Assembly (NCBI GenBank): GCA_001655205.1
Contig: LPNZ01007737.1
Coordinates: 1-38,669, forward strand
DNA length: 38,669 nucleotides
Reading direction: 5' to 3'
Source: Lenisia limosa
Lineage: Eukaryota > Protista > Breviatea
The notes below the pieces were generated by a model. The model searched no databases, was not told where the DNA came from, and saw nothing but the letters and a program-made list of their open reading frames with translations. Every line of letters begins with the position of its first letter. Position 1 is the first letter of the stretch. The position numbers and the translations under genes are program-made. Positions 34,899 through 38,669 of the stretch are shown here, one piece after another.

Positions 34899-35300
34899 CC
34901 CCCTGCGCTGTGTGGGCTGCTTGGAAAGGGGGGGGGTAGGTGTTAGATTTATATATAAGCTCTCCTGGGCATCTTTGTGACTTGCGTGTACGCAAGTCAC
35001 GCATTTTCCAAAAAAAAGACTTTTGCCAGTGATTTCAGCATTGACGCATAGATAATGTGTATAGTTGGAGACAAAACACCCACAATATATACCACATACT
35101 AATAATAACACAGATATAACACAATAACGAGCAGGGCAATGATTCTCAGCCCACGCACTCGACCTGCTGCCCGCCCTGTAGGCTGGATTGTATACTAACG
35201 CACTATCACCGTATGAATGGTATATTATACGGGTATATTTTGGGTTAACAACATTCACTGGCCACCGCCAGGTATGTCCATTTGACTGGTTTTCGGTCAT
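34788..35300 (-). CDS. Possible hypothetical membrane protein; the true exon structure probably differs from the 170-aa ORF
   Basis: Long open frame with a hydrophobic Cys-rich segment. Candidate upstream exons lie near 35330-35580. The ORF tail overlaps the MITE-like region. Confidence 0.25.
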   Translation of the reverse strand: MTENQSNGHTWRWPVNVVNPKYTRIIYHSYGDSALVYNPAYRAGSRSSAWAENHCPARYCVISVLLLVCGIYCGCFVSNYTHYLCVNAEITGKSLFFGKCVTCVHASHKDAQESLYINLTPTPPLSKQPTQRRGAQIRGFFQYFFNCQDLARGSDFQIVFKNNILDAFGE

Positions 35301-35666
35301 CGAGGCCTGACTTTATCTCACAAGTGAACTGGGGGATGGGGTCATTTCCACTCACCATTCAGCCAACCCTTGTACAAGCGCCCAATCATGAGACTCGCTT
35401 TAGGGAGGCGCCTTGTTCTCAATTGAACCGAACAACTACGACTGGCTTCTCATCCCCACGGAGGAGATTGCTGGTAGGGCCCCAAGCTGGGCAAACGGCT
35501 GAAGACTTTGAAGGAGAGGATTTGTGATAATATTTCAAGACCCACTCAACCCAGTTGGACCCGGAAGCCTATCACAAACATTTGGACCACCAAAGAGGTG
35601 GGAGGGGCTCCTTTCCAAGCAAATATGGGTATAATATAATAAGGACAGGTTAGAATACGCCAGCAA

Positions 35667-37080
35667 ATGGCGACATCATGCAGATTGTTTCATTGGCGGG
35701 CTGAGAGTATTATCAATATATGGCATATGTGTATATATATCGATATATCATCAATAGTAATATATATATATATATATATTGTTTTGATTTTTGTTATCTT
35801 TGTAGATGGTATCTACCGCCCACCAATCAGGTCGATTCTCCCCTTTGCTGGACCTGGTAAGAGGTCTTTTTTTTTTACCTTTTTATAAATTCACGTGTTA
35901 CTGTCATGCACAGAGTTGTAAGACAAAAAAAATCGAAATATAATATATCATCATATCATATAGTTTATTATTTGGACATGTGCCTTTTTCCTTATTACAA
36001 ACTCTTCTCGGTTCCAAAAAAGGTAAAATATCGATATTTTTCGAGTTTTTTTTTGCTTTTTTATTAAAGGTATCTTTACAGTGTCCTTAGGAAAGCCACA
36101 CTACATTAATGATTCGCGTCTTATTATGCAGAAAAGCCCTTGCGATCAGACGAAGATCAGCATGTGGCCTGGAGCACACGGCGCGCTCTTCCACCCCTCG
36201 CAATGCCGTCCCCCGGAGGTTGGTGTTGAGTCAAAGCAGCGAGTCATCTCACCATTCAGACATCACGTCTACCCTAGAGAGTCGGATGCGATTTAGATAC
36301 CCCAATAGAGACACCAGCCCTGTTGGTTATGATCATTACTCTGTTTTTTTTTTACATTCCTTTCATTTTTTTAACATTTGGGATGAAATATGTAAACAAT
36401 TATAGAAGCTCATGACCACTACACGAGAATTGGGGATGAAACCACCAGTAAATGAAAACCTTGTAGCAGGTGGGGGACAGAGGGACAGGAGGCGCTGTAT
36501 CCTGTATCATTTGAGGAATGGCTGATTTTGACCATTTTAGCTGGAGTAACAAGAAATCATAAGAAATTCCGATACGAACCATCCCCCGCCGCCCCAAGCC
36601 ACCCCTCATCCTCTCTGAACCTATCTCATGTACCTTCGCCTCGCACCCTCTATGTAGGTTATCGTCAACTGATTAATCAAGGCACTCTCGTATTTTCCAT
36701 TTGTATTGAGCAACTTATGAACAGGTCCCCAAGCCCAGAACTACCAACGAAACCCATCACTCTGGTTACTACCAGCCCCAACAAAAAAGCTACAAACCCA
36801 GTGAAAAGGTATGTACTATCTCCAGTTCTTCTGTGCGAAGCGTTTGTCTAACCTTTCAGACTCTACCCCACCATCCATTCACTGCAACATCTGTAGCACG
36901 TCAGGCTATGGAAGATGGAAGAAAACCTATAAGGGTTGGTCTTAAAACTATTCATTATCTTGTTCTCATTCTTTTCAGTATTCGGCTGAAGAGTCGTCTA
37001 ATTTACACCGTAATATGGCGCTTACAATTGATCAAAGTTTACCGCGAGTCACAACCCTGGCAAAACCGACGGGTTTCTAG
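35667..37080 (+). CDS. Hypothetical Pro/Ser-rich protein (multi-exon)
   Basis: Exons such as KLMTTTRELGMKPPVNENLVA, VPKPRTTNETHHSGYHQPQQKSYKPSEK, TLPHHPFTATSVARQAMEDGRKPIR and YSAEESS...KPTGF* have GT-AG boundaries. Confidence 0.5.
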
Positions 37081-37155
37081 GATATCACTCTATTTAAATT
37101 TCCCTATTTTTTTCTTGACTCTATGTTCTTTCTTATAATGTATGCTAAATCCCCT

Positions 37156-37237
37156 AACCCAGAAACTGGCTCACATAAACCACAAATAGACCCAAAACGG
37201 AGCGTAATCTGCGTAATTTTTATTTACTGTCATAAAA
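37156..37237 (+). repeat. Dispersed element of about 82 bp, copy B
   Basis: aacccagaaactggctcacataaaccacaaatagacccaaaacggagcgtaatctgcgtaatttttatttactgtcataaaa aligns with the reverse complement of 8323-8405. Confidence 0.85.
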
Positions 37238-37239
37238 GC

Positions 37240-38669
37240 AGTTGTTTTGGAAGCAAGAGAGCTGTTGATTAGCAATCAAAAAGAAGGTGATATGATATAT
37301 TTTTTTTTTAGTACAGTACACTCATGAAACAGCTCATCAAAATACAAGAAACAAGAAGATATCAGAACCAAATATAATTAACACTCACGTTGCATACACG
37401 GTAAGCGCAAGGAAGGAGCTCACCAATGTTTTCAGTACAGGATATTCATCTAACGTCTGGGATATAACGAAATTGAAACAGCAAGATTGTGAAGAAATTG
37501 GCATGAAGTTAAGGTCATTTATATATCCAAATAACACAACTATGATTCAATGTACACTGAAGAGTATTTCTGATCATATTATTGTAAAACAACAAAAGGT
37601 ATTATGTGAACTCCAAAAGCTGCAATTTGAAATAATTCATTACAGTCAACACAGTACCATATGATATGTTCCAAAATTTTAACCCACGTACTAATTTCAA
37701 GTAACCCAGCCACGGTACACTGAATAACATTCGGCCGTCTATGTCAGACATTTTTAAGGTTGTTTGGCTGTCTGTGAAGAATAAGATGGCTTAGAACTAC
37801 TTCACACAGCTAACCAGGGTAAATGCCAGAGTCATCAGAAACGTTATCATCACCCTTTGTAAGTATTCGCTGCTCTCCTTTCCTGTTCAATCAAGTCAAT
37901 TTTTACCTAAAAGGTAGTTGTTTACCATAGCAAATGAAGATAGATACTTAACTTCATGTTTGAATAAGTTATGAGGTGGCGGGGGTTTCCATGTCCAAAA
38001 TTCATGCACAAAATATGTTTTGTTTTTTTAATGACCTGCCCAATTGACTGCCCTTTTGCATTATAGCAATATCTCTAGCATCTTTATATTTTCGGGGCTA
38101 ATAAATATGATTTAGGTTTGCTTTTGTACCGAACGTGGAGAATCTCTTTTTAAAAAAATACATGCGATGCCCAAACCCTACACTTCTGAAACTTCTATGA
38201 CCCGATGGAGAAGAGGGAGGGACCGGCCAGGCACTTGGAACACTGGAGATTAAATTGTGCCAAAATGTAAAGTATAGAGATACTGATTGGTACTGAGCCC
38301 ACCATACCAACAACCATGTCTTTGGCAAGAGGACTGGTGGAGTTGTAGAGTATTACAACTGACCCCCTTGTTAACAGGGGTGCCATTGAGTTACTACATT
38401 TTAATAAGTGTGAATTTCACGTCAAATCCTTGAATCCAGCATACGAGAGAGTTACCATAATGGGTGTGGAACACCCCAGTGCAAGACCCAGACACATGAC
38501 CATCATTGATGCCATCGCGAATACCTGCATTACCAGCACAAGTTTGAAGAACGCCTATGAGAGTAAAAAATAAAATACTTTTTTCACTTCATCATACCTG
38601 TTTTGGAGTCATCAGACTGGCTACTTCACAGTAGTTCAAAAAGATCGAACTTCTCATTGTAAACGCGCA
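37240..38669 (-). CDS. 3' part of a multi-exon gene entering from beyond the window end; product unknown
   Basis: Successive minus-strand GT-AG introns (for example the donor gtatga near 38597) with open exons PRKYKDARDIAIMQKGQSIGQ, VKIDLIEQERRAANTYK and TLDEYPVLKTL. The frames of some exons are ambiguous. Confidence 0.45.

Noticed and set aside
37151-37160. Telomere-like CCCCTAACCC at the start of dispersed element copy B
   Set aside because: It is a single unit, not conserved in copy A, and not an array.
37772-37853. Box C/D snoRNA in an intron starting GTGATGA with an internal CTGA
   Set aside because: The putative box C is the splice donor itself, and there is no terminal box D or closing stem.
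1-38669. Alternative genetic code or stop-codon readthrough, suggested by the lack of long ORFs
   Set aside because: In the conserved genes I spliced (TTLL, PPP, Atg5, FtsX, EamA) the stops fall inside removable GT-AG introns, and all three stop codons end genes.

Overview
Eukaryotic (protist-type) genomic DNA. It is gene-dense with very many short GT-AG introns (mostly about 22-60 nt), which explains why the ORF track shows only fragments. Ten N-runs are treated as scaffold gaps. By manual exon splicing I recognise: a convergent tRNA-Leu(TAA)/tRNA-Gln(CTG) pair, a Cache-domain membrane receptor with a possibly degenerate class III cyclase tail, a large FtsX/MacB-type permease, Atg5, a PP5/PPEF-like PPP phosphatase, a secreted Sushi plus fibrinogen-like protein, a TTLL2-like tubulin ligase-family enzyme, an EamA/SLC35G-like transporter and several hypothetical genes. 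The standard genetic code fits every gene I spliced. No CRISPR array, rRNA or autonomous transposon is visible. The most unusual signal is a mirror-symmetric locus: gene, 28-bp motif, tRNA-Leu, tRNA-Gln, inverted 28-bp motif, gene. Other signals are a 93-bp sequence shared by two consecutive Atg5 introns, a dispersed 82-bp element and MITE-like fragments. Exon boundaries were inferred by eye without tools or RNA data, so the ends of the hypothetical genes are approximate and family calls rest on recalled motifs. I found no clearly novel multi-gene system.
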